Source: Octopus bimaculoides (lineage: Eukaryota). From it: a DNA stretch of 64,000 nt. The notes below the pieces were generated by a model that had not been told where the DNA came from, made no database searches, and saw only the letters and a program-made list of their open reading frames with translations. Positions 38,090-50,591 of the stretch are shown here, piece by piece. The DNA lies in NCBI RefSeq assembly GCF_001194135.2, contig NC_069003.1:2311635-2375634 (forward strand). The letters are read 5' to 3'. Each line of letters begins with the position of its first letter. Position 1 is the stretch's first letter. The position numbers and the translations under genes are program-made.

Positions 38090-38663
38090 TAGCAGTCGGT
38101 CCGTTTGTAGAGTTTGTTGTCAAACAAGGGCGAATCGAACAGAGTTTCATGTGTGTTTGGACGAATGTGAGTTTGTCCCAGATGCTAATGCTGGAAACGC
38201 TAACCTTTGCATCTGCAGCGAGCACCTGACGTTGTGAATGCCCGCTTACTCGGCATTGTTCAATCAAAGACGCGCACACTTACAGCATAGCAAATCTACA
38301 GCACCCACTGTCAATGTGGCCACGCACAAACTTGAGAAACTAGAAGGGCTTCAAGTGCTGCTTTTCACCCTGCCTGCACTTCAGACCTTGCACTCTCCCA
38401 TTACAACTTTTTTCGAGCCATGCCTCATTTCCTTTTGATAGAGGATCAACAATGTGGATGAGTTTGACAACGGATGTAGAGCTTTCTTTACCTCAAAACC
38501 AGTCAAACGCTAAATGCGCGGAATCGAGCTTATTACACAACGATGACAACTGAGAATAGAATATAATGCGATATATTGTGATGAACAAACGGGTTTCGCA
38601 TGTGACTTGTTGCAACTATAAACTAAAGCTTGAAATACGAAAACATTTCGACTCAGCCTGGTA
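38090..38663 (+). mobile_element. Decayed mariner (DD34D-type) transposase 3' half plus right end
   Basis: Frameshifted fragments MCVWTN / EFVPD...NANL / ALFNQRRAHLQH / HPACTSDLALSHYNFFRAMPHFL / EFDNGCRAFFTSKP..*MRGIELITQR* follow mariner motif order (CVWW, HPPYSPDLAPSDY, GIxxLxxRW). Ends ...CAGCCTGGTA. Confidence 0.8.
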
Positions 38664-38939
38664 TAAACCACTTTGTAAATACAATATGATTTTTTTTTTA
38701 TTTTTTTATGACTCCGAATTTATTTTTGTGTATTGGGAAAATGGATAGAGAAAGGCGAAGGAATTGTCTATAACATGGTGCAACGAATAAAAACACATGC
38801 TTAAATTGTTCAGAAAGTTTTTTTAACATTGTCGCCTTCGTAAATTCACAACCGTTGGTCAGTTCAACACGTGTAAACGAAAAGGCTGTTACTGTTATCA
38901 CCTGATAGTAATCACATCTATTGTTCAACGGTCTCTTTG

Positions 38940-39560
38940 CCCGTTATTCTTTCCTTCTTTTTGTCTCTCTTTCACTCATTTCTTCGTCTCTCTCTGCCTT
39001 TCTTATCCTCTCACACTCCCTGCCTTTCTTTCTCTTCCTCCCACTTGCTCTCTCCTTTTGTTTTTTCTCCTCACTCCCTCTCCCCATCTTTCCCTCTCTC
39101 CCTTTCTTTGTCTCTCATCTCTCGCTCTCTCTTTCCCTCTACCTTTCTCTCTCTTTCACTCTTCCATCCTTCTCTCTTTCTATTTAGCTCTCTCTCTCTT
39201 TCATTTTCTTTCTCTCTCTCTCTCTTCTCCTCACACACTCCATTCATCTTTCTTCTGCCAATCTTCATTCAATATCGTTTCCTCATTTATTTTACCCAAT
39301 TTTTGTTAGTTTCAATTTCGTCAGCCCTTTCGCAAATCTTCCATTTCCTCCTTTTCTTTGCCCTTCTTTTTCGTTTTCCCCTCCTCTCTCTCTGTTGTTC
39401 TTTTCCGCTCTCTCTCTCAATCATTCTCTCTTTCCCTGTCTCTCTCCCCTCAACACATTGTCTCATGTATTTCTCTTCTCATTCTCCCATTCGTAATCCG
39501 CGCACATCCGACCCATAAACTCCTCCTTCATTTCACTCAACACGTTCAAATCCCTTAACC
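38940..39560 (+). repeat. ~600-bp CT-rich polypyrimidine tract
   Basis: Composition; degenerate (CT)n/(TTC)n. Confidence 0.85.
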
Positions 39561-39789
39561 TCCTCCTGTTGCTCATCAAACACCTCCGCCAACCCCCACA
39601 AAACTCTGCTTCAATCCTACTCGCTCCCCACCGCCCCCACCTTACTAACTCATCAAGTCGTCCATTGTTTATTTTCTCATCAAACACGATGTCGACAGTT
39701 ACTTGGCCAAGTGCACTACATCGACATGATGCGTGCAAGTATGTGAGGGGCAAAGATGGTGCGGCAACGGGGAGTGTGATGATAAGCTG

Positions 39790-40260
39790 TGAAACTGAAA
39801 GGGTCGTAATGGTAGTGGCCGTGGGGTGGGGTGGGGTGCTGATGATGATGGTGGTAGCCATAGTCTTGATAGTGGTGGTGGTGGTGGTGGCGGCGGCGGT
39901 GGAGATGGAGGTGGGGATGATGATGGTGGTGGTAGTGGTTGTGGTGGTGGTGATGATGGTAGTGGTGGCGGCGGTGGAGATGGAGATGGTGATGATGATG
40001 GTGCTGGAGTGGTGTTGGTAATGATGATGGTGATGGTAGTGGTAGTGGTGGCGGTGATGATGATGACCATGATGATGGTGGTTGGTGTTGGTGCTGGAGG
40101 TTTTGGTGATGGTTGCCAGTATTTGGAGTTGAGATGATATAAGTAGATGTGCCGAGCAAGATAATCGTGGCTTTTGTTGTAGTTGTCAATATTGTTATCA
40201 TTACCGTTATTATTGTTGTTGTTGTTCATATTGTTGATGTCGGTGTTGCTATTGTCGAAG
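39790..40260. repeat. Degenerate (GGT/GAT)n tract
   Basis: Trinucleotide runs giving Pro/His- or Gly/Asp-rich pseudo-ORFs in all frames. Confidence 0.8.
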
Positions 40261-40763
40261 CTGGTAGAGAGGACGCCCATAATGAGGATACTGACCAATA
40301 TATAACATGAATATACAAGTTGTAAACGGCGGTGATGGCGAAACTCAAGGGAGGCGTGGGGTAGCGGATGTGTTGAGAACGGGCGAGCGGTTTTAGTGTA
40401 TGAGAGGGATAGGTAGAGGTATAGTTAGTGCAGTGGGTTGGTTCTTGTGCGCAGAAAGATGGTGGAGGACGGGGAGTGAGGCTGGTGTCGTTCCCTATTG
40501 AAGTCACATCAAGTTGACAGACCAAATCGAATTATCGGCGACGACGTGCAACAGTCTCACAGACGTATGCAAGAATACATAAATGTATACATATTAACGC
40601 AGGCTGCACACACATGCACATCTATATGTTCAGTTTCATAAACGTATAATAAATCATCACATTGTATGTATGTATATACACACACACACATGTATGTATG
40701 TATATATATATATATATATATGAAAATGAATAACGTATACGCATACACACATGTGTGTGTGTG

Positions 40764-40834
<71 letters not shown>

Positions 40835-42118
40835 ACTCACATTTCTATACACACACAGCTTTATAGTTTATATAGACGAACGTGTGCGTGAATGTTATAT
40901 ATTATATATCTATATATAAACCATTGTATGCATAAACCAAAGTGCACACACACAGACATATATATATATTCATGTATAAGCACACACAAACATATACATT
41001 TGTGTATGTATGTAATATATATATATATTCAAAACAGAGCGCTGGCAACGTGTAGATTCAGCTCTTAGTGGTTTTAGTCAATTACGGTTTCATCTAGTTT
41101 CGTTTGGTTTGGTTTGGTGGGTTTAGGGATAGTGGAGGTGAAAAGCGTGTTAAGATGTGCGACTCACAAAAAAAAAAATAATAATAATAAATAGAATCCG
41201 GTAACTCATTGATATCAGCAATATCGTTTTAATAACATTGGAGAGATCGATTCTTTTGTCAGGTGTACGTGTGGATTTCCGTGCGATATCTTGTTTATAT
41301 TTCACGAAGAAAATTTCCTGCCGTGCAAGATGTACTCGTTTTGTTTTGTCTTTTGCTGTTTATTGTATTATTTTTTTTTTTGGTGTCTTTTTTTTTTTTT
41401 TACTTGCTTCAGCTATGCGGTATACTTTTTGTCAGATGAATGGACACCAGCAACTTATTCTATCGATGTCCATGAGTTGGTGTATTTACTGGAACCAAAA
41501 TATTCCAATACCGGTTGTAAAATGATGAAGATGTACTAATACAGATGGAACGAATCACACAGACGCATCTATCTACCTATCACTCTATTTACATATGTGT
41601 GAGTGTGTATGTGTGTGTATGCATAAAAAATATATATGCATACACACATGCACATGCTATGGGCTTCTTTTAGTTTCTCTGCTAAATCCACTCACGAGGA
41701 TTATATATATACACACGCGTATGTGTGTGTGTGAGTACTAGTCTCTGTAGGCAGGAATTCACTTAAAGACATTTATATACACCGACAAATGTATAACTAG
41801 ATAAAGAGACAGGCATACAACCAAATAGACAAAGAGAGAGAAAGGAACACAGAACAATAGAAACAAAAAAAAAGAAAAACAAATACGCGGGTGATGTTAA
41901 AGGTATACAGACGTGACTAAGGAGATTGTGAAAACTCCGTTTCTTAACTACATCTAAACATTAATTAAGAGAGTTCCTTTAGTTGAATGAGGGAAGTAGT
42001 TGTGTGTAAATGTTGAACAGAGAATTAGCGTCCATTAGGCGCTGATCTGAATCAAGCACGCTACATTTGTTTGCCTATGTTGGTACATATTCGCAGGTTC
42101 GTTCGCTCTCTACGAGTA

Positions 42119-42159
<41 letters not shown>

Positions 42160-42236
42160 NNNNNNNNNNNNNNNNNNNNNNNNNNNNNNNNNNNNNNNNN
42201 NNNNNNNNNNNNNNNNNNNNNNNNNNNNNNNNNNNN

Positions 42237-42286
<50 letters not shown>

Positions 42287-42764
42287 ACATATAAGTATGT
42301 ACATGTGTGTGTGTTTTAGTGAGTTGCATGCCGATTACATTGAAAAACTCGACCAGAGTCGCTGTATTCGCGGCTGTTTTTGTGTATATGGAGAGACACA
42401 CAAAAAGGCACGCACACACACTCAAGTACACGCACGCTCACACACACAAACACACGTGCTTGCGCACATATGCACACATTTATGCGTATGGATGTAAGTA
42501 TATATATTTCTGCGTGTGCATATATACATATATATACACACACATACATGTATATATACGTGTGCGTGTGTGTAACGAATCACTTTCAGGGAAACAGTGA
42601 ATAGATGATATCAAATCTTTTTTTATGCAATCATTTATTTTCTCTTTTTATCTACGTCACGTTTCCGTTGCTATCAAGGTGCATCTTCCGCATCTTTTAG
42701 TACATTATGATGCTGCAATCACTCAGGGGCTTCATCAGGGCATTTATACCTATCTATATATATA

Positions 42765-43285
42765 TTCTTTTATTCTTGTACTGGTTTCACTCGTTTGATT
42801 GCGGTCATGCTGGAGCACAGCCTTCAGTCGAGTAAATCGACCTGGGGACTTAACCTGCATAGGCTTAGTACTTATTCTACCCGTTTCTTTTGCCGATCGT
42901 GGGCGGACACACACATGCACAAATACATATATACATAGTTGGGATTTACAAACAAACAAAAGACGACGAGAGGTGCATAAACAAGCAACAGGTGTATTAG
43001 TTTAACGCTCGGGAAGGTGTGAAAGTCTTTTTCGTTTCGAGCCTACGCTCTTCAACAGAAAGGAACACGAGACAATAAAGAGAGAGAGGGAATAAAAGCT
43101 TTCGTGGCTAGCGGTATATCATACGACGCTCTTCTTTCACTTTCCATCCACCAAATTCATTCACTGGCTTTGGTCGGCCCAAGGGTATAGCAAAAGACAT
43201 TTCCCCAAGGTGGCACGCAATGGGACTGAACCAGGAACCATGTGGTTGGGAAGCAAGCTTCTTACCACACACCCATTCCTGCTAT
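42765..43285 (-). mobile_element. SINE family B (head 43130-43285, tail 42765-42900) interrupted by a foreign ~200-bp segment
   Basis: Head and tail match other family B copies; 42925-43125 does not. Confidence 0.75.
43027..43062 (-). ncRNA. Minimal type I hammerhead-ribozyme-like motif (Penelope-type), degenerate
   Basis: Minus strand CUUU-CUGUUGA-A-GAGC(GUAG)GCUC-GAAA-CG-A-A-AAAG: 4-bp stem I, 4-bp stem II and GAAA in hammerhead spacing. Three deviations from consensus. Confidence 0.5.
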
Positions 43286-43613
43286 ATATATATATGCATA
43301 TCGGTGCAGGAATTGCCTATATATATATATACATATATATATATATGCGTTAATAACGAACCATTGAGAATGAGTGGTCAACACTGCATTGGGCGGTAAA
43401 CATTCTATATTTATGAGTTATCAAGGTCGCCCAATGGTGTTGTGTCAAGAGAATGTCAACAATTTTCCAGTCTTCCATATTGAATTTTGGTGCTTGTCCC
43501 TTCTTGAATGAAAATACAATGATGAAAAACCAAGATATATATATTTTTTTTCATTCATTTCTCTGCGAGAAATACGTGAAAAGTACACGTGTCTCTGTAT
43601 TTCTAAGCCTCTT

Positions 43614-43648
<35 letters not shown>

Positions 43649-44082
43649 CACACGCACACACACACACACACTTGGAGGTTTGGCATTCGAGAATAATAAA
43701 AAATGTACCAGGCTTAGAAATGATTAGCACTGATGTCAATTCGTTTGACCGAAATTCCTCGACGTATTGCCCCAGCATGGCCGTAGTCTAATGACTAAAG
43801 CAAAGAAAAGGTAAAAGATTTGCGGTTGAATGGTTAGTTAAGAAGTAGCCTTGAGTCTCTTTAAGTCCGGGTTATCAGCACTTGGAACAGAAAGTATTGT
43901 CCAGGTTATATTTAGTATGGAGGAAAATCAAGAGAGAAAAATGCATTTAGTGTTGTTAAAGTGGCTAAAGAAAGTAAAAGAGATTATTTAAGTCTATCCG
44001 TAATTTTGCTAGGATAAGCTTTATCTCTCAACACATACGCATACGTACACACACACAAGCACGCACACGTATATACTGTGTG

Positions 44083-44125
<43 letters not shown>

Positions 44126-44298
44126 AAAGAGACACAGACAGAGGCAGACAGACACATACAGAGAGAGAGATAGATAGAGGTGAGAGAGAGATACATGCAT
44201 TCATACATACCTGAATCTGTTCGAATCTGTCTATATGGCTGTATATATGTATAAATAGTCCACTACATACATACATACAACACATGCAGCTATATATG

Positions 44299-44337
<39 letters not shown>

Positions 44338-44503
44338 TTATATGTATATATTTATATATACATATTTATATATGTAGATATGTGTGTATGCATATGTATG
44401 TGTATGTATGTATANNNNNNNNNNNNNNNNNNNNNNNNNNNNNNNNNNNNNNNNNNNNNNNNNNNNNNNNNNNNNNNNNNNNNNNNNNNNNNNNNNNNNN
44501 NNN

Positions 44504-44550
<47 letters not shown>

Positions 44551-44744
44551 TCTACAGTCTGTATTGATATAATGGTTACTTCCGCCGCTATAGATGCGCT
44601 CCTAATGCTTTGACTAATTGTTACAGAATTTTATGGCCGCCATTATCCCAGAAACATTTGTTATGGCTCATTGGATAACTGCTCCACACATTGCAGCTAT
44701 ACATACAGACACACGTGTATGTATATATACATACATATATACAT

Positions 44745-44781
<37 letters not shown>

Positions 44782-45289
44782 TCTTGATTACACGGCCATT
44801 ATAATTACATTTTAATGTAGGACAGAACATTTCTTATATATAGGATATATTCATTTACTCCTGTTTTTATACTTACAGTTCGCACACTATTTCTCTGTTT
44901 CATCACAGAATCTTCAGAGGTCAACATTTCTCGTATCAACAATGTTCATCAGTAATCGATGAGTCTACTTTTATTTTGAAAGTTACGCTGTTTTATACGA
45001 GAATATTATTGTAAACATTTGAAGTGAAATTCTTACAACCATTTATGGTAATCTACTGATGGTTTAGACAGTCTGTTTATTTTATTATTACACTCGTGTA
45101 TTGCACACCAAATAAATGCGGATGCACACCTGGTTTTAAAGTTATATTGAGTAAATATTTTTCAAAAAATGTTCTAATGAATTTTAATTAATTAATAAAA
45201 TTTTATTAAAGATGTAACTGAGATATTTCCTCCTTACGTTCTAATTAACACCTTAAAACTAGATGCTATATTAATTCCAAATATGTTAA

Positions 45290-45638
45290 AGCGGTGAGCT
45301 GGTAGAAACGTTAGCACGCCGGGCGAAATGCTTTGTGTTCTGGGTTCAAATTCTGCCGAGGTTGATTTTGCCTTTCATCCTTTCGGTGTCGATAAATTAA
45401 GTACCAGTTGTGTACTGAGGTCGATCTAATCGACTGCCTCCCTCCCCCAAAATTTCGGGCCTTGTGCCTAGAAAAGAAAAGAAAAGAATATTGATTCCAA
45501 ATAAGTAAGGCGGTGAGCAGGCGGAAAAGTTAGTACGCCGGGCGAAATGCTTAGCGGTGTTTCGTCTGTGTTTACGTTCTGAGTTCAAATTCGGCCGAGG
45601 TCGACTTTGCCCTTCATCCTTTCGGGGTTGATAAATTA
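45290..45638 (+). mobile_element. Two SINE family C copies head-to-tail
   Basis: Heads at 45290 and 45509, each preceded by ATATT(A/G)ATTCCAAATA(T/A)GT. Confidence 0.85.
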
Positions 45639-45789
45639 ACCCATTAATCCCAGATACTTAAATTTCTGAATGTATTTTTAAATTTTTATAGATGATCCCC
45701 TTCACCTACTGGTTTCCGGAATACGGAGCTTTCAACTGGGAGCACTTGCTAGTGCAAGTTGTTCGCATACACATACATACATACGTATA

Positions 45790-45945
45790 TGTACGACATT
45801 TCCTTTTCCTTCTACGAAATCCACTCGCAAGGCTTTGGTCAGCCTAGAACTTTACAAGACACCTGCCTAAGGTGCTATGCTGTGGAACTGAACCTAGTAT
45901 CAGATGATTGAAATGCGAGCTTCTTAACAGTACACTCACGCCTGT
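45790..45945 (-). mobile_element. SINE family B head/core
   Basis: AAATCCACTCGCAAGGCTTTGGTC...GACACCTGCCTAAGGTGC. Confidence 0.7.
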
Positions 45946-46544
45946 ACTCAAAATATAGAATTCCTTTGAAAGAAATCGAAACCCAACCGCCTGGATGAGA
46001 ACTATATATGTATATTCATTTGAGTGCTTGTGTGAAGATAGAAATATGTAGGAAGAGACAGACACACAGACAAGCAGACACACATATGGTCTTATGAGTT
46101 TCTGTATGTGCATATTTGAATGTATATGTAACAGCATATGTTGGTGATGTACTCGCAGATACAGCGTTCATTTATAACTTACTTTGTCATTTTCTGAATC
46201 TGACCGTCCATTGACTTCAGTTCGGAAGTCGATAGCTATAGTGGATATCTCATATGTGTGCGAGTTTATGCAAACGGGTGTTGGTGTATGCGTATTTCTG
46301 TATGACTGTATGTGTGATGTGTATCATTATACTACTATACATACATCATATATATATATTTATGTATGTATGTATGTATACATATAGATATATGCATATA
46401 TACATATATAAAGATACATATACACATATCAATATACATATATATAGGTGTATGCATATATACTCATGCATGTATGTATATGCGCACCGTAACTAGATAA
46501 TTACATACAAAATACATGCATATATCTGTAGATAGATATACATT

Positions 46545-46594
<50 letters not shown>

Positions 46595-47262
46595 AGAATG
46601 TATGCATGTATATGTATGTATGTATATGTATGTATATATATATATGTATAAATATATAGGTATATGTGTGTGTGTGTGCGTGTGTATGTAGGGGTGTATA
46701 TATATGTGTATGCGTGTAAGTGTGTGTAGGTATGTAATCATGCTAGCATACAAATATACATTTGTCTCTACATCCATCCATCCCATTCACGCAATCTATT
46801 AAACATCCGTTGATGCTGGTAGCTGGTTGATGGCGGCGAGTGTAGATTTCTGTCCACCACAATCACGCGTAATTATTTAAAACTTAAATGGTAAGACTCC
46901 AATCAAAACGAAAAGCAAAATGTTAACAAACAAAAGCAGAGGTCCCAAACAATACAGACCGATATCACAGCACTTAACACGTCTAGCTAAACACAGCGTT
47001 TATTATGTAGAAAACGGCAGACATTTTGAATACACACAGATCTTGATTTAGCCACTAATGGATGTAGTTGTAATAGCAGCTACGGCAACCGTATTTGTAG
47101 CAGCGAGCATGCGGCGGCGGCAGCAGCAGGAACTGCAATGACAACGACAGCAGCAGCAGCAAGAATAGTAACAGCAGCAGCATTATTAATAACACCTGTA
47201 GCAGCAACAGTTGCATGAGTTGCAGAAGTGCAAACATCTGCAGCAATATATGCATATTTAAA

Positions 47263-47468
47263 GGTGGCGAGCTCGCAGAAACGTTAGCACGCCGGGCGAA
47301 ATGTTTAGCGGTATTTCGTCTGCCGCTACGTTCTGAGTTCAAATTCCGCCGAGGTCGACTTTGTCTTTCATCCTTTCGGAGTCGATTAATTAAGTACCAG
47401 TTGCGTACTGGAGTCGTTCTAATCGACTGAACCCCCCCCCAAAAAAACCTCCGGACCTTGTGCCTAGA
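47263..47468 (+). mobile_element. SINE family C, full length
   Basis: GGTGGCGAGCTCGCAGAAACGTTAGCACGCCGGGCG through CCTTGTGCCTAGA. Confidence 0.9.
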
Positions 47469-47483
47469 ACAATTTATCTTTTT

Positions 47484-47811
47484 ATAAGAAACAGTTTATA
47501 AGAACAATTTTTTTTTATTTAACAGGCTCTAAATGGTGACCATTGTTTTGAATACACATTGCAATACGTTTACCCAACTCATTGTGAACTCGTAATACCA
47601 CATGTAGTGATACGTGTGCGAATGAGTTGGTGATGCGTTCCTTCAAATGCTTTGTCTTTTATCTTTCCGCGATACACCATGCTTTTCAAATGCCCCCAAA
47701 GATAGAAATCAAGATGGGTAAGATCAGGGCGATCGAGGGGGTCTTATAAACTGTTTCTTATTAAAAAAAAAAAAAAAATTTCTTATATATAGAGACTTTT
47801 GAATCACCCTG
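47484..47811 (-). mobile_element. Internally deleted Tc1/mariner-superfamily (maT/DD37D-like) transposon
   Basis: Minus frame PLDRPDLTHLDFYLWGHLKSMVYRGKIKD/KHLKERITN...RIAMCIQNNGHHLEPV* (decayed WPxxSPDLxPLDFxLWG). Inverted repeat at 47484-47505 / 47741-47761. Terminus CAGGGTGATTCAAAAGT at 47811. Confidence 0.8.
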
Positions 47812-48052
47812 ATATACGCCATTTTTCAATGTGCCATACTTTTTCAAAAACACTAGGATGCTAATTGAGAAGGATTTGCTTGGTATTTGCCGAACACATA
47901 TTTGTAGTGTTCGGGATTGTTAGTGTGGCATGGCGCCGTGTATGGCTGTGTATGATCGCATACGACTGCGTATGTATGAGTACTTAAATATACATTTGTA
48001 TGTACGTATGCCTCTATGCTTGTATTTCAGTACACAAGTTTAAGTCACCACA

Positions 48053-48438
48053 GCACTCCGTCGGTTACGACGAGGAGGGTTCCAGTTGATCCGATCAACG
48101 GAACAGCCTGCTCGTGGAATTAACATGCAAGTGGCTGAGCACTCCACAGACACGTGTACCGTTAACGTAACTGTCGGGGAGATTCAGCGTGACACAGAGT
48201 GTGACAAGGCTGACCCTTTGAATTTTGAATTACAGGCACAACAGAAACAGGAAGAAAGAGTAAGAGAACGTTCTGGTGAAAGAGTATAGCAGGGTTCGCC
48301 ACCAACCTCTGCCGGAGCTTCGTGGTGCTTTAAGTATTTTCGCTCAATAAACACTCACAACGCCCGGTCTGGGAATCGAAACCGCGATCTTACGAGTGTG
48401 TGTCCGCTGCCTTAACCATTGGGCCATTGAGCCTCCGC
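48053..48438 (-). mobile_element. SINE family A, full length
   Basis: Same body as the copies at 21453 and 35855, reverse orientation. Confidence 0.9.
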
Positions 48439-48620
48439 TCAAGTCTAACACACTGAGCAAGTATACATATGTATGCGTAAGTGTGCATAGGTATGCCTAA
48501 GCCTATAGACGTACTTGTTTGTACGAGTGCTTAGGAGATATATGTAAAGATGTATGCGCATGTTATGTCTGCGTTAGGTGTAGATTGAACTTAGGCATAA
48601 CGATGCAATGTCTATTTGTC

Positions 48621-48651
<31 letters not shown>

Positions 48652-49924
48652 CTCCTATATGTATGCGTGAATGGCTTTGTAAAGATATATATGTATGTAT
48701 GTGTGTATTTATGTATGTATATATTTCTCTCACTCTCTCTGTAGATATAAATATGAGTGTGTGTTTACATATTTATATATACACACATTTTTATATATAT
48801 TATGAATATATATATATATTTTAGGCATCTATTTATGCGTGTGTGTATGTACGTATGTACGTATGTAAGTCGGTATGCAAGTACGTACGTACGTATGTAC
48901 GAACTTATATATATGTATGTATAAATGAATGTATGTATGCATGCATTGTGCAAGTATGTATAAATGTATGCATGTATGTGTGTATGTAAGTATGTATGCA
49001 TGTATTTTTGACTATATGTCTGTACGTATGTATATAAGTGTATCTATGCACGTATTATATATGTATGGATGTACTTACGTGTATGTGTGTATATATGTAT
49101 GTATATATAAACGTATGTCAATATGAATTTTCCTCGTATGTAAGCCAATATATGTATATTTTGTATGAATATCAACGTCTATGTGTCCGTATATATGTGT
49201 TATATATGTATGCACCTGTGGCCGTATGTGTGTGTATATGTGTATGCATCTGTACCCGTATGTGTGAATGTATTTATGCGCTTGGCCTTGTTCGTCAGTG
49301 CATCTAGGTGTGTGCTGTGAATATTTTTCGCTTCGTATTTTTGCTTTTCTCAAGGGAAATCAAGGTAGAATCCACACACACACACCTTTCTCTCTCTCCT
49401 CTTTTTCTGTTTCCTTCTCTCCCTTCACTCCACTTTCTGTCTTCCTCCATCTCCCATCTTTCTTAATCTATCTCTCTTTACCTGTCTCTGTCTTCCCATT
49501 TAACTCTCTCTCTCTCTCTCTCTCTCTCTCACATTCACACCCAATCGCTCTCAATATTGGCCAGATTTAATATAGTTTAGTGCTCTGTGGTTAGAGAAGC
49601 TGTATATATGGTGGGGTGCTGTATTTCTGGGTATTTAATGCTGCGTTGAGGATTGTGGTGTACTGATGTGTTTCGTACGGCGTGGTGGTGCGTTGTGATA
49701 TTTAACATACAAGGTGTTGTACGGGTGTGTGGAATAAGTATGATTGGAGGGCGTTATGTACTTTTTGTGCATACAGTGTAGGACAGTGTAGCATGAAGGT
49801 ATGTCTCGGGATAGAGTGTGGCATGTTGTGACGTTTAGTGTTGTATGGCAGACGTTTACGTGGAGAGAAAAGGGATAAACACTACGTGAATAACACGCTT
49901 GAAGGAAAGGAATATACCAATAGA

Positions 49925-50190
49925 GATATACAAACAGATAGATAGATAGATAGGCAGAGATAGATAGATAGATAGGCAGAGATAGATAGATAGATAGGCA
50001 GATAGATAGATAGACAGATAGATAGATAGACAGATAGATAGATAGACAGATAGATAGATAGACAGATAGATAGACAGATAGATAGATAGATAGACAGATA
50101 GATAGATAGGTAGGTAGATAGGTAGACAGATATATAGGTAGGTAGATAGATAGATATCTAGGTAGGTAGGTAGGTAGGTAGGTAGGTAGA
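49925..50190 (+). repeat. Compound GATA/GACA/GGCA/GGTA tetranucleotide array with higher-order units
   Basis: GATAGGCAGAGATAGATAGATA-type units, then GACAGATAGATA units, then (GGTA)n. Source of the 238-aa pseudo-ORF. Confidence 0.9.
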
Positions 50191-50265
50191 ACGATAGATG
50201 TATATATACACCTGGGTATATACATAACCATATCTATATATGTACATGTCTTCATATATACATAC

Positions 50266-50303
<38 letters not shown>

Positions 50304-50591
50304 GTATATTAATACATGTATGTATGTATGTATGTATGTATGTGTAATCATATATATTCATATTTTTGTTTATGGTATTTTCTTTTTTCTTCTTACTTTT
50401 CTCTTCCTCTTTGTTTAACGGATTGGTTTTTGAAAATATTGCTTCACTCGTAGCATACCAATATTATTTTGATAGAAATATCGAGAAAAAATTCTATTCT
50501 TTGGTATTATAAAGAGAAAAACTTACCATTTTATAAATTAATTTGCGAAATGTGTAACTCATGCATCTTTATAGCAAAGAATAAGAATAAG

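Noticed and set aside
39463-40298. Pro/His-rich and Gly/Asp-rich ORFs of 100-199 aa (similar ones at 9341-9660)
   Set aside because: Degenerate trinucleotide repeats open in nearly all frames, with no non-repetitive domain.
42656-42742. Minus-strand CTGATGA...GAAACGTG, a third hammerhead candidate
   Set aside because: There is no closing G10.1-C11.1 pair, the cleavage position would be G, and stem I does not form.
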